Shown here in pieces: positions 27,597 to 36,876 of a stretch of DNA of 64,000 nucleotides. The notes under the pieces are model-generated. The model did no database searches, had not been told where the DNA came from, and saw only the letters and a program-made list of their open reading frames with translations. Position 1 is the stretch's first letter; every line of letters begins with the position of its first letter. Source of the stretch: a virus; the IMG/VR virus record IMGVR_UViG_3300009320_000008, positions 16,339 to 80,338 of that record. One strand, 5' to 3'. The position numbers and the translations under genes are program-made.

Positions 27597-27804
27597 TTCC
27601 TACCTCCTTGGTTGGTTGGGGTTAACTTCCCACTACACACGATTTTTTAATCATGTGTAGGAGGCTGTTAATCTTTAGTTTCGTAGTCTCCCCTAATGAT
27701 TCCAGCAGCAACTTTGCAAATGCATAGGAATAGAACAACAGGAAGCAAACAAAATATTCCTTTCAGAACAAACGACAGAACAGTTACCATTAAGTCTTCC
27801 ATAT

Positions 27805-28212
27805 CTACCCCCATACCAAATGGGCACCACCTAAATCCGACACCCGTTTTACAATAGCTGTTACCAAAGGAGCATCGTCCTCTACACCTGTGTATTCTTT
27901 TCGATCACGTTCTCCCACCATACGGATAAGTTCTAAGTCAATAGAGGGAATAACATAAGCGTATTCAAATGTGTGGATCTTCTGTCCTTCGTATTTTTTG
28001 AGTATGGAGAGATGTCGGTTATGATCATACAGGTTTATATTCCCGAGCCATATCTCCGAATGAAATTTATCGTATAGGTGGATCAGGGCGATGGAGCACA
28101 TGTTAACATATTCCAAATCACTTTCATTTGGACATCCCCATTCTGGATCTACTGACCCCATAATATTGTCCATAATTTTCTTTCGTGATTTTTCAAACTC
28201 CTCTCTTGTCAT
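27805..28212 (-). CDS. hypothetical early protein
   Basis: Conserved leader. Confidence 0.7.
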   Translation of the reverse strand: MTREEFEKSRKKIMDNIMGSVDPEWGCPNESDLEYVNMCSIALIHLYDKFHSEIWLGNINLYDHNRHLSILKKYEGQKIHTFEYAYVIPSIDLELIRMVGERDRKEYTGVEDDAPLVTAIVKRVSDLGGAHLVWG

Positions 28213-28235
28213 TTCTTACCTCCTTGTTTGGGGGT

Positions 28236-28685
28236 TTAAATCATCCAGCTTCCGTTTTTGTCAATGTACTTGATCCAGTCACGCTTGTTCCATGCAACTG
28301 CGGGAACCGCCGGGGGAGTGAAAGTAAAGTTGTTTCGGTCGAACAACATCATTTTCGTTCGGTCGTCCAGAGGGTACAATCCATCGTAGATGTACTCCTT
28401 GAACACAGGCGTTACCAGAATGTTGATAGTAACAGGATCATTCCTGTTATTGGGATGGCATCGATGGCGGAACGAATGATACCATTTACCAACGTCAAGG
28501 CTCCACGTTCCCATGTACTGCCAATTTTCTCCGTTGTTGTAGCAGACGGTAGGAGAAGGATTGTCTTTGTTTATGTCTTCCTCTCCAAGTAATGCCCACA
28601 TCTTGTCCCATTCAACATCGGGACGCCCCACCATGAAATACACTGTCCCGTCTTCCATGATGTGTTTAGTCGTTGAAGGACTCAT
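28236..28685 (-). CDS. hypothetical early protein
   Basis: GGAGGT RBS. Confidence 0.65.
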   Translation of the reverse strand: MSPSTTKHIMEDGTVYFMVGRPDVEWDKMWALLGEEDINKDNPSPTVCYNNGENWQYMGTWSLDVGKWYHSFRHRCHPNNRNDPVTINILVTPVFKEYIYDGLYPLDDRTKMMLFDRNNFTFTPPAVPAVAWNKRDWIKYIDKNGSWMI

Positions 28686-29355
28686 AGTCACCTCCCGTTA
28701 TTTTTCGGATTCGGCCACACCAATCCAAAACATCATTCCACCATCCATCCAGGGCCAACTGGATGAACCGGCCCATGATTCTGGGGAGTCCCATGTTTTT
28801 ACAGGCAAGCTCCGCCGCTTCTTCTTTCGAGTAGTGGTAGAACCTTTGGGGGTCAGCCCACATTCCCCAATGGCTTTTTTCTGATCCGTACATCCTTATG
28901 AAATTTCTCTTAGAAGACTCCACCTCCAAACTGTACGCCTCCTTGTTCCAACATTCTTCGTGGATTTCTGCGGCTTTGGTTATTACCTTAGCCAGTTTTT
29001 CCACGTTGAACTCGGCGGAGAAAGGTGTATAGTCTTTTATTTCCTCGAAAGACATAGGCCAAAACCCATAGTTAGAACCATCTCCCGGATGGGAGCCGAA
29101 ATACACCGATTCAGGGGCGATGTTTTCCATAAGATCAAACAGCTCTTCCCACACCGTCATGGCCTTTTCTTCATCGTTCATTTCATCCCATTCTTTTCGA
29201 ATGGATTTAAGAAGTTCCTGATCACTGAGAGATAATTGCCTTTCTATCCCAATTTCCTCAATGAACTCAAGGATGGCGTCCTTTACATCATCCTCAATCA
29301 TCGTGGCATGGGACACGGAGATTCCTATGTACCCGCATGTCAATTTAAAGCTCAT
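28666..29355 (-). CDS. hypothetical acidic early protein
   Basis: Conserved leader; FGSHPGDGSNYGFW motif. Confidence 0.7.
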   Translation of the reverse strand: MSFKLTCGYIGISVSHATMIEDDVKDAILEFIEEIGIERQLSLSDQELLKSIRKEWDEMNDEEKAMTVWEELFDLMENIAPESVYFGSHPGDGSNYGFWPMSFEEIKDYTPFSAEFNVEKLAKVITKAAEIHEECWNKEAYSLEVESSKRNFIRMYGSEKSHWGMWADPQRFYHYSKEEAAELACKNMGLPRIMGRFIQLALDGWWNDVLDWCGRIRKITGGDYESFND

Positions 29356-29377
29356 TTCCTACCTCCTTTGTTGTGGG

Positions 29378-29746
29378 TTATATGTTATCTACATCCGTTC
29401 TGTATTTGCAGAATAAATTTGTCATGAATTTTCCGAATAAATTTGTCATGAATCTGTGGCAGTATCGGACATAGGGGGAGCATTCTGAAACATTCAACCT
29501 GGTGAAATGGCAAAATATTTGAGATACAATCCGGTCATCAACTTTCATATCAAAACTTCCGCACCACAGAGGCAAACACGAAAAATCAAGATCAGCTCCC
29601 CGAAGATCAGCTCTCCGAAGATCAGCTCCCCGAAGATTAGCTCCCCGAAGATCAGCTCCCCGAAGATCAGCTCTCTTTCCTATTGGCCTATTATCCAACC
29701 ACATTTTGTGATCAGATAAAATGGTTTGCAAAGACTCCTTTTTCAT
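29378..29746 (-). CDS. Pentapeptide repeat protein
   Basis: Tandem ADLRG repeats; LPLWCGS. Confidence 0.9.
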   Translation of the reverse strand: MKKESLQTILSDHKMWLDNRPIGKRADLRGADLRGANLRGADLRRADLRGADLDFSCLPLWCGSFDMKVDDRIVSQIFCHFTRLNVSECSPYVRYCHRFMTNLFGKFMTNLFCKYRTDVDNI

Positions 29747-29816
29747 TTCTTACCTCCTTATGGTTAATAAAACCTTCGTAGGAGAGAAGTTCTCAAGTTT
29801 CTCCCCTCTAAAGGAT

Positions 29817-30440
29817 TTATGTGTGTACGGACACACGGCCATTTTGCACCAACAGCCCACCGGCGTAGGCCCATTGACTGGTGTTGTTCCCATGCCAGTT
29901 GATTGCCCCATCGACCCGTTCCTTTGCCCGGTCGAACAAAGTAAACTCCGCAATGTTCTGGGAGCCGTGTTGGACAAACGGAGTGAAGATGGCCTCCGGC
30001 TTTATCGTATTCCGGCTGCAGGTGTCCATCAATGTCACGATACCAAGGTAACGATCCATGATGTCTTCCTTGACTTTATCGGCCTCCTCTTCACCGATCA
30101 GCTTTTCCAGGGATTCGATCAGTCCCTGATACGAAATGACCTTGTTGAGATTCAACACGATGTCCATATTCTCGCCGTTCCGCCATGTCGGGGGGATACA
30201 AGCGACCCGAAAATTTCTCGGCATTAGGGGGATCAGAATCCTCCAGATGTCCGAGAAGTTATTGATTCCGAACAGCATCAGGGTAGACACGATACCGATG
30301 AGAACACCTTTGGCACGGTCGATTGATGCCCCGCTTGCCGGATCGAGATAGTACAAGGCGTCCTGAACTCTTGCCCATGCGGGATCTTTGGGATTGATGA
30401 AGATTCCATGCTTGCCGTCCTTCGTTAGGATGTGATTCAT
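29817..30440 (-). CDS. hypothetical early protein
   Basis: Conserved leader. Confidence 0.7.
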   Translation of the reverse strand: MNHILTKDGKHGIFINPKDPAWARVQDALYYLDPASGASIDRAKGVLIGIVSTLMLFGINNFSDIWRILIPLMPRNFRVACIPPTWRNGENMDIVLNLNKVISYQGLIESLEKLIGEEEADKVKEDIMDRYLGIVTLMDTCSRNTIKPEAIFTPFVQHGSQNIAEFTLFDRAKERVDGAINWHGNNTSQWAYAGGLLVQNGRVSVHT

Positions 30441-30478
30441 TTCTTACCTCCTTTAAACGTTGTGGGGTTGGGGTTTTA

Positions 30479-30835
30479 CTACGTGATTTCGGGTTTCAAG
30501 ATGCGTTGATGTTCCACGAAGCCTTGCTCCCCCGTCCAGATATGTATCTCATCTGTGTCGTCCAACAGGTCGGGGAACTCCGCTCTGTCTCTGTCCGTGA
30601 CATAGAATATGTCAATGGGAATGCCGCAGGTCTTACCATCGATCAGCAAGTCCCCTGTGTCGTCCTGCATCCCGTCCATCATCATGTCGTGAAAGTACGG
30701 AACGAAAATCGGCTCCCCTTGGAACTTGCCGGGGTGGATGCAGAATTCCTCGTTTTCATCCGTCCCGTATTGTTCGATGATTTTCTTCCGCTTTTTGCCG
30801 ATGTCCTTCATAAAAGCCTCCTTAAAAAGTATCAA
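30479..30835 (-). CDS. hypothetical acidic protein
   Basis: PGKFQGEP motif; likely start about 30811 behind AAGGAGG. Confidence 0.65.
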   Translation of the reverse strand: MILFKEAFMKDIGKKRKKIIEQYGTDENEEFCIHPGKFQGEPIFVPYFHDMMMDGMQDDTGDLLIDGKTCGIPIDIFYVTDRDRAEFPDLLDDTDEIHIWTGEQGFVEHQRILKPEIT

Positions 30836-31070
30836 TCCTTATGATTTCGATTTCGGAAAGATGATGGAATGCAACCCCCCCATCTTCAAAATGAACCAAG
30901 AAGGGAGTGTCCTCTTTGATTGGTCCTATAGTAATTAGGGTGTCAATCAATTGGGTTGGATTTATGGAACCAACCTCCTCTCCTGCCTTAACTTGAATGT
31001 AGTATGATTCCATAGGCCAATCTGCATTGGTGCAGACCTTCACCGCTTCGTACAACTCTTGTGGACTCAT
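30822..31070 (-). CDS. hypothetical early protein
   Basis: Conserved leader. Confidence 0.65.
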   Translation of the reverse strand: MSPQELYEAVKVCTNADWPMESYYIQVKAGEEVGSINPTQLIDTLITIGPIKEDTPFLVHFEDGGVAFHHLSEIEIIRIDTF

Positions 31071-31148
31071 TCTTACCTCCTTTGTTGTGGGTTAGTAATA
31101 CTCGAAACGACACGGGTCTCCAATCCATGTCGTTTAAAGAACCACTAA

Positions 31149-31892
31149 CTAATGCACCTGATCTCTATTGCTGGACAGATGCACATGTTTCCCGGCGTTT
31201 ACTCCGTTGAGGTAATGTTCGTCAAACCTGATTCTTGGTCCTCCTTTTGCTCTTTTAGTAATGGGGAACTCCAGATCCCTTCTGTTCTTTGCCAGATCCT
31301 TGTTGTACAAGGCAATCTCCAAGCAGTCGGAGGGCAGATTCTCCTTCACCCGTTTGTATAGTTCTCTAAGTCGAAGGAGGATACGTCCAACCATGCCCAT
31401 TGCGAATGTGTGCTGGACCTTAATCCTTTTGTCGTAGATCTCACAGGCTCTCCCAATCTCGTTCTGGCAATAGTCAAAGAAATAGACCACCAATGCCACA
31501 TCCTCGGGAACTCCCATGAATGCCATTTTGGGGTCACAATCGTACTTTTTTGACCTGGGATTCACATACCACTTTCCCCAAGTTTGAATGCACTCGACCT
31601 CGAAAATTGGAGCAATGCCCCATGCCAGGTTAAACTCCCAATTGCTGTGGCCTTTGGAGTAGAAGAAGCAATCGGCATCCTCTCTATCGGTCATTTCGTC
31701 TACGCTTCTGGTGGTCTTGCGCTTTGCCTGAACCTCAGCCATTTCGATCTTGTATTTCTCCATGATCTTGGTGGCCCGGTACATGGCAAGTTCAGCCTCC
31801 GCAGAAGTGGCTCCCTTGTCATTCGCCAATGCCATAAGTTTGGAGACTTTGGCAATGGTGTTCTCTCGGACTTGCTGATTCATTTCCTGCAT
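31149..31892 (-). CDS. DUF2786-domain protein
   Basis: IAKVSKLMALA...EAELAM..ATKIMEKY. Confidence 0.85.
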   Translation of the reverse strand: MQEMNQQVRENTIAKVSKLMALANDKGATSAEAELAMYRATKIMEKYKIEMAEVQAKRKTTRSVDEMTDREDADCFFYSKGHSNWEFNLAWGIAPIFEVECIQTWGKWYVNPRSKKYDCDPKMAFMGVPEDVALVVYFFDYCQNEIGRACEIYDKRIKVQHTFAMGMVGRILLRLRELYKRVKENLPSDCLEIALYNKDLAKNRRDLEFPITKRAKGGPRIRFDEHYLNGVNAGKHVHLSSNRDQVH

Positions 31893-31974
31893 TTCTTACC
31901 TCCTATGTGGTTTGGGGTTAAACATTCACGGGTTGGGACGATAAGCTCGTCCCTCACCGTCAAGGTTTAATCCT

Positions 31975-32325
31975 TCACACAGCTTCCATCTCAATCAATT
32001 CCCAAATCCCGAATGTGACGTATCCTCCATCGATTCCCTCTGCTACTTTCTTGAACAGCCCGGTGGCGAAACATTCCTCATTGACCAACAATCCTTCACT
32101 GTATTCCTTGACGAAGAATTGGTTCTTCTTGAGGGGAGCTGGGAGCATTTCTTCCAATTCGGGGTGATTGACAGACAAATTGCCAACGGGATTGCCTTGA
32201 TTGGCATTCCCAATCATAATAGCACAATGACCGTCAAAATACTCTCCCCGGTACAGATGTCCTTTGCAGTCTCTGACTTGGGGAAAACTGACTCTCTCCT
32301 CTGTGATTCTTACGGGTTCTTTCAT
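31975..32325 (-). CDS. hypothetical protein (DUF4313-like)
   Basis: LSVN...FFVKEYSE...TGLF..GGYV. Confidence 0.6.
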   Translation of the reverse strand: MKEPVRITEERVSFPQVRDCKGHLYRGEYFDGHCAIMIGNANQGNPVGNLSVNHPELEEMLPAPLKKNQFFVKEYSEGLLVNEECFATGLFKKVAEGIDGGYVTFGIWELIEMEAV

Positions 32326-32399
32326 TTCTTACCTCCTTGTTTGGGTTAGTACAATCTCGGAGGGGCAGGAGCCTCCTTGTTTCCTGCCCTACCGGCATT

Positions 32400-32543
32400 T
32401 TACTCTCCCAACACTTCGTATTCCACCTTGCGCTCCCATGCTTCGTAGTACGTGCCTTTCAGCAGGTGCTTGTTACCGAGCTTGCACACCCAGTAGTTAC
32501 CGGGGCCGATGTACTTGAGTTTTGCGACCTTGGGTTTTTTCAT
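32400..32543 (-). CDS. 47-aa protein not in the ORF track
   Basis: Conserved leader; MKKPKVAKLKYIGPGNYW... Confidence 0.6.
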   Translation of the reverse strand: MKKPKVAKLKYIGPGNYWVCKLGNKHLLKGTYYEAWERKVEYEVLGE

Positions 32544-32662
32544 TTCCTACCTCCTTTTGGTTATGGGCTAAGTTATTCAAGGACAGGGCGGGCTGACCAT
32601 TACCACGTTCCCTGTCCTTTGATAACCTAACTCATGTTCTCACCTCCTTTCATCCATGTACT

Positions 32663-33097
32663 CTAAGCCTCCCCGATCAGTGTGAAGCCGACCCGATCAA
32701 CGGCATAGTATTTGGTAGGACGATTCAAGCCACCTCTGCTAATCACGTCCCCGACAGATGTGGAACGTGTTTTAGTTTTCACCACGTGGAGATCGTTATT
32801 ATCCCACCAGGGATTCTCAAAGGAGTTGGTCATAACATATGCCTCCTCCAGATGGAATCCACCAACGGCAGCAGCAACCAGTTCAAAGTCACTCCGTTTG
32901 AATGCTTTAGCCACGGTCCAGAAATCAGTCTGCCGTTTGTGGTACACAAACAGGACATCCGTGATCGAAACATCGGTGCAAGCACGAGCGATTTCGGGAT
33001 TGTTGCTCCTGCAACAAATACAGACGACCTCGCTCGTGGGATTGCCGAAGCAACCTACACCCTTTTTGCATTTCTCTTCCAGTTCTCTCAAACTCAT
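32663..33097 (-). CDS. hypothetical protein with YodL-like C-terminus
   Basis: RSTSVGDVI...YYAVDRVGF. Confidence 0.65.
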   Translation of the reverse strand: MSLRELEEKCKKGVGCFGNPTSEVVCICCRSNNPEIARACTDVSITDVLFVYHKRQTDFWTVAKAFKRSDFELVAAAVGGFHLEEAYVMTNSFENPWWDNNDLHVVKTKTRSTSVGDVISRGGLNRPTKYYAVDRVGFTLIGEA

Positions 33098-33197
33098 ATC
33101 TTACCTCCTTTGTTGGGGTTCATCTCCTATCATAGTTACACATTGAGATATGTAACTATGAAGGAAGACGAAAATTTCTCGTCTCCTCCAGCGAGTC

Positions 33198-34109
33198 CTA
33201 AGCCGCTTTCAGATAGTGTTCATGGTTGTGAAAGATACGGGCCACCTTCTGGGCCTTTTCAACCCGCACCATGTCCGATTCGATCTCATGGGACAGAAAC
33301 TGGGTAGCGACATTGTGGAAGGCCATTTTGTTGACCTTGTCTGCGGCCATCCACTGATTCAGTGTTTCCTGCGTTGATTTCTCCGGCAGGGCAAGAATCT
33401 CGTCGGTGTGGCGATTCCCAAATGGCAGGGCGTCCACGAGCTTCTCCGTTTGAAGTGCTGTGAACTCCGTCTCCGCCCATGCTCCCCATATGGCGACCTG
33501 TTCATCGAATCTGTCCAGTGTGGGAATCACATGTTCGTTGATCTCGTCCACATCCAGCGTCTGTCGATGTTTTTTGTTCATCTGGGATTCGATCTGGTAG
33601 GCCACCATGCCGTTGGTGCACACCAGGCGAATGGCTCCGATGAACGTAGCGTATTCCCAACACATGTCCAGACTTGACTTGAAGCCACACCGGGGTGAAA
33701 TATCCTGGCCGACCTTGGGTCCATTCTCTCTGACAGGCTTTACCATTTCAGGGAAATCCACGTTGCACAGAAAACGGCCACCGTCTTTGGGAAAGGCAAA
33801 GTCAAACAGCGGTTTGCCAAAGGCTCCTTCGTAACGATCAATGACTTCCTCGAACTTCTTCGTGAGGACTTCATACCGGATGAACTTGTATTCATCCGAA
33901 CGGACGCCGACAACTCGGGGAGTGTCTTCCATCGTTTCGGGGTCCTTCTCCCAGATCACATTTGCCACCCTACCGGGAATGGCGGGCATGTCATGCCATC
34001 CTGCCAGTTGCAGCTTCTCCGCGCTGACTTCCGGCCATGCGACATCGGGATAACGTTCGCGGATCTCTGCCACCATGTCTTTCTCCTCTTCCTTGGATAC
34101 ATTACACAT
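33198..34109 (-). CDS. DUF932-family protein
   Basis: VGVRSDEYK, DGGR, IRLVCTNGM, KKH. Confidence 0.8.
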   Translation of the reverse strand: MCNVSKEEEKDMVAEIRERYPDVAWPEVSAEKLQLAGWHDMPAIPGRVANVIWEKDPETMEDTPRVVGVRSDEYKFIRYEVLTKKFEEVIDRYEGAFGKPLFDFAFPKDGGRFLCNVDFPEMVKPVRENGPKVGQDISPRCGFKSSLDMCWEYATFIGAIRLVCTNGMVAYQIESQMNKKHRQTLDVDEINEHVIPTLDRFDEQVAIWGAWAETEFTALQTEKLVDALPFGNRHTDEILALPEKSTQETLNQWMAADKVNKMAFHNVATQFLSHEIESDMVRVEKAQKVARIFHNHEHYLKAA

Positions 34110-34554
34110 GTCTTACCTCCTATTTGTGGGGTTGTCGAGCAAACTGCTCCTTGGTGGTACAAGCCCATGTCCGGGGCAGCTAACCCTTAGACTTGTACCA
34201 CCTCAGCGCACAGTGCGCGTCCTACTTATCATCGCCTACAATTCTACGGAAGTAACGCATTACTCTCCAGTACAAGATGCGATCCGAACGTCCGGATACA
34301 TACTTGTAATTGTTCTTGAGGTAATGGTAGTCTTCGGGTTTGATCTCATAGATTTTGGGATTGTCTGCCCGATTCAAATTGAGTTTGTAGACCTTCAAGA
34401 CTTCCCCCAGAAGTCTTCCTCGCCCTCAGGTGGGCCAGGAGCGAATTCTGGATACATTTCAGGGGCTTCCTCTGTACAGACCATAACATATTGTCTGTCA
34501 AAGTAGTCCACACCAATGTGAATGGTACTGATTTCCTCATTCATGACTTCTCCT

Positions 34555-34749
34555 TTACCTTGTCACAGTGCCATCCGGGGCAACATAATGTCCTTTGGTG
34601 ATTACCTCGTTGTATGATCTCCGCAATTGAATGTTTTCCCATGTTGCGTGAAGCAACAGGTTTTCTAACCGTTCAAGATACGACCTCTTGACAATGACGG
34701 TTTGTTCTTCCGCAGGATACGGAATCACCTTCGCGGCTTTATTCATCAT
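34555..34749 (-). CDS. hypothetical early protein
   Basis: Conserved leader. Confidence 0.65.
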   Translation of the reverse strand: MMNKAAKVIPYPAEEQTVIVKRSYLERLENLLLHATWENIQLRRSYNEVITKGHYVAPDGTVTR

Positions 34750-34834
34750 ATCTTACCTCCTTTTGGTTTGGGGTTTGTACTGTGAGGGACATAAACCCTC
34801 CTTCGCTTATGTCCCTACCAGTGAAAACTCCAGT

Positions 34835-35608
34835 TTACGCGGCTTTCTTCTCCTCTTCCGGGGCCGCTTTTTCGACTTCCATCACGGTGAACTTACCGGC
34901 TTTCTTGCCGATCAGCCCTACCGCTTTGTAATGATCGCCGGTGACTTGCACTTCCAGGCCGACAACGTTCACCCGATGTTTAATGAACGCCTTGCAGGAG
35001 CCCTTCGTGCGGAACTCCTTGTGATCTTTCCAATCCGGCTCACTGTCCCGCAGGGCTTTTATGAAGTCGACCATTTCCTGCAGGGTGTGTCCCTGAATGA
35101 GCAGACGGTCCATGGTGGCAGTGAAAGGCACGACCACGTGGCTGTTCTCCGTCAGCCATGCAACCCGCTGATCAAACGTATTGAACTTGGGCGGATTGAC
35201 GTGTCCCTTGAATCGAACGAAGCGATTTCCACGGGCTACCGTTGCCGTAGAGGGATCCAGGGGCTTGTCCTTCTTCGCCGCTCCGGCCGCTTTGATGGCA
35301 TCGGAGCAGGCTCCGTAGGTGTCGACCTGTGTCTTGAAACACTTTTCACACAGCTTGGAGTCCTGATCCTTGCCGAATGCTTTGGTCAGGCACAGTTTGC
35401 CGTGATCAACCTTCGGCTCGTCCTTCGTGCTGTCCCCGTTCCCCGCATCGTCCTCAGTCTCCTCGGACGTGATGGGGGCCGGTTGGGCCTTGAGGGCTTC
35501 CAGCTTGTCTTTCAATCCTGGCACTTTCCAGCCTTTGGGATCGAAGTTCGGATCGAGTTCCGCAATCGCCTTTACCAGTTCCTTTCTCTCTTTACTTTGC
35601 TTACCCAT
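34835..35608 (-). CDS. hypothetical Lys-rich protein with Cys cluster; paralog of 39082-39498
   Basis: Conserved leader; GC3-biased codons. Confidence 0.8.
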   Translation of the reverse strand: MGKQSKERKELVKAIAELDPNFDPKGWKVPGLKDKLEALKAQPAPITSEETEDDAGNGDSTKDEPKVDHGKLCLTKAFGKDQDSKLCEKCFKTQVDTYGACSDAIKAAGAAKKDKPLDPSTATVARGNRFVRFKGHVNPPKFNTFDQRVAWLTENSHVVVPFTATMDRLLIQGHTLQEMVDFIKALRDSEPDWKDHKEFRTKGSCKAFIKHRVNVVGLEVQVTGDHYKAVGLIGKKAGKFTVMEVEKAAPEEEKKAA

Positions 35609-35705
35609 TGTCTTACCTCCTTTAGTAATGTGGGTTGTTGGTTAATGGGCGAAATGCCCCGTGAAGGATCAAGATTTCTCTCAATCCCCCAAGGGGAACA
35701 ACGCA

Positions 35706-35936
35706 TTACCTCTTCCAGCCTCCTCTTTTGCTGATTTCTTTCTCCATTCTCATATGAAAGGCGCATAGACCAGACTTGTGGTCTGTCCTTTCTACTCTTG
35801 CCATGTAGCCTGTGGTCATATGTATTCCTTTAGTGAATACCCTCACCACATCTGCGCTGTCATTTGTCTCGGAAGCACATTTTTGATTGCACTGATATCC
35901 CAAGCTGTTAAGGTGCTTGCATCTTGCCATGTTCAT
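35706..35936 (-). CDS. small Zn-finger-like protein
   Basis: RCKH...QC...LCAFH; AGGAGG RBS. Confidence 0.55.
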   Translation of the reverse strand: MNMARCKHLNSLGYQCNQKCASETNDSADVVRVFTKGIHMTTGYMARVERTDHKSGLCAFHMRMEKEISKRGGWKR

Positions 35937-35940
35937 CCTC

Positions 35941-36117
35941 CTATGGGATCAGGTAGTCAAGTGCATTTACGGCAATCCCGCTTGCAACTACAACCGCGAG
36001 GCAGGGCCACCACATAGGCACAGGGCAAAGGAGAATGACAGCCGCCATTCCCGATCCAAACATCATGTAAATAAACATCCTTGCCATCACAATTTTAATG
36101 TAATCCAAATCCAGCAT
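35941..36117 (-). CDS. 58-aa membrane protein not in the ORF track
   Basis: Conserved leader; two hydrophobic segments. Confidence 0.6.
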   Translation of the reverse strand: MLDLDYIKIVMARMFIYMMFGSGMAAVILLCPVPMWWPCLAVVVASGIAVNALDYLIP

Positions 36118-36141
36118 TTCTTACCTCCTTGTTATGGGGTG

Positions 36142-36402
36142 TTAGTAAATGTCTCTCCTGCTTTCTCGCAGGGCAAGTATCAGCCGCCAGGTGTCGATCC
36201 GTGCCATTTCAAGCCATGCTTCAGGTGCGTCGTCGTAATCGACATCCATGAAGCACACCTGCATCAAGGCGTATGCTGTGGGCATTGGGGTATCAATACC
36301 TGTTGCATCAAAGACCTCAAAGCCAACGTGGTCGGGACTGCCATAAATGATCATCCCCGGCACTCGCATGCCCAATGAGGTGGGCGTACCTATTTTAATC
36401 AT
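36142..36402 (-). CDS. hypothetical early protein
   Basis: Conserved leader. Confidence 0.65.
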   Translation of the reverse strand: MIKIGTPTSLGMRVPGMIIYGSPDHVGFEVFDATGIDTPMPTAYALMQVCFMDVDYDDAPEAWLEMARIDTWRLILALRESRRDIY

Positions 36403-36475
36403 GTCTTACCTCCTTTGTTAGAGTAAATCCTCGTCATGGCGTATCCAAATAGGCATACGCCATCAAAAGGAGCTA

Positions 36476-36850
36476 CTATTTATCCCCGAAAACTTCGTTC
36501 TTGAACATGGTGAAATCTGCCAGAAACACGGTTAACAAACTCTGGCGGGCATTGAACAAGAATCCACAAATCACGCCCATCTCCTTGATGAACTCGGGAT
36601 TATGTCTATCATCATGATCAGGATCATAGTAAAAGGACTGAACTTCGTCATTGACGAGGAACAGCACGTTGATAGGATCCCAAGTCTCGGCATAAGCCAT
36701 AAGGATTTCAATGTCCGTCTCCTGAAATACTACACGCTTAACAAAAGTGGGATCAACAGCTTTGGGCATCGGGTCATTCAAATTGATGTGACCAAATTGC
36801 GCTTTAATTTCATCCCACAATACATCATCGATTCCTAATGCGTTGTACAT
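36476..36850 (-). CDS. acidic early protein (first gene of the cassette array)
   Basis: Conserved leader. Confidence 0.7.
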   Translation of the reverse strand: MYNALGIDDVLWDEIKAQFGHINLNDPMPKAVDPTFVKRVVFQETDIEILMAYAETWDPINVLFLVNDEVQSFYYDPDHDDRHNPEFIKEMGVICGFLFNARQSLLTVFLADFTMFKNEVFGDK

Positions 36851-36876
36851 GTCTTACCTCCTTTGTTTGGGGTTAG

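Larger units (their letters stand above)
26326..36875 (-). repeat. About 18 copies of a conserved translation-initiation leader AACC(C/A-rich)-AGGAGGTA(A/G)GA(A/C/T)ATG, many preceded by ~50-nt hairpins
   Basis: Starts at 26328, 27135, 27596, 28212, 29355, 29746, 30440, 31070, 31892, 32325, 32543, 33097, 34109, 34749, 35608, 36117, 36402, 36850. Confidence 0.92.

Noticed and set aside
29589-29673. 15-bp tandem repeat, possible CRISPR/VNTR
   Set aside because: It encodes the ADLRG pentapeptide repeats; no spacers
34688-35734. 348-aa + strand ORF
   Set aside because: Antisense shadow of 34835-35608, which has the conserved leader and a paralog
27622-36473. Intergenic hairpins as intrinsic terminators
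   Set aside because: No U-tract follows on the coding strand; the C/A-rich leader follows instead
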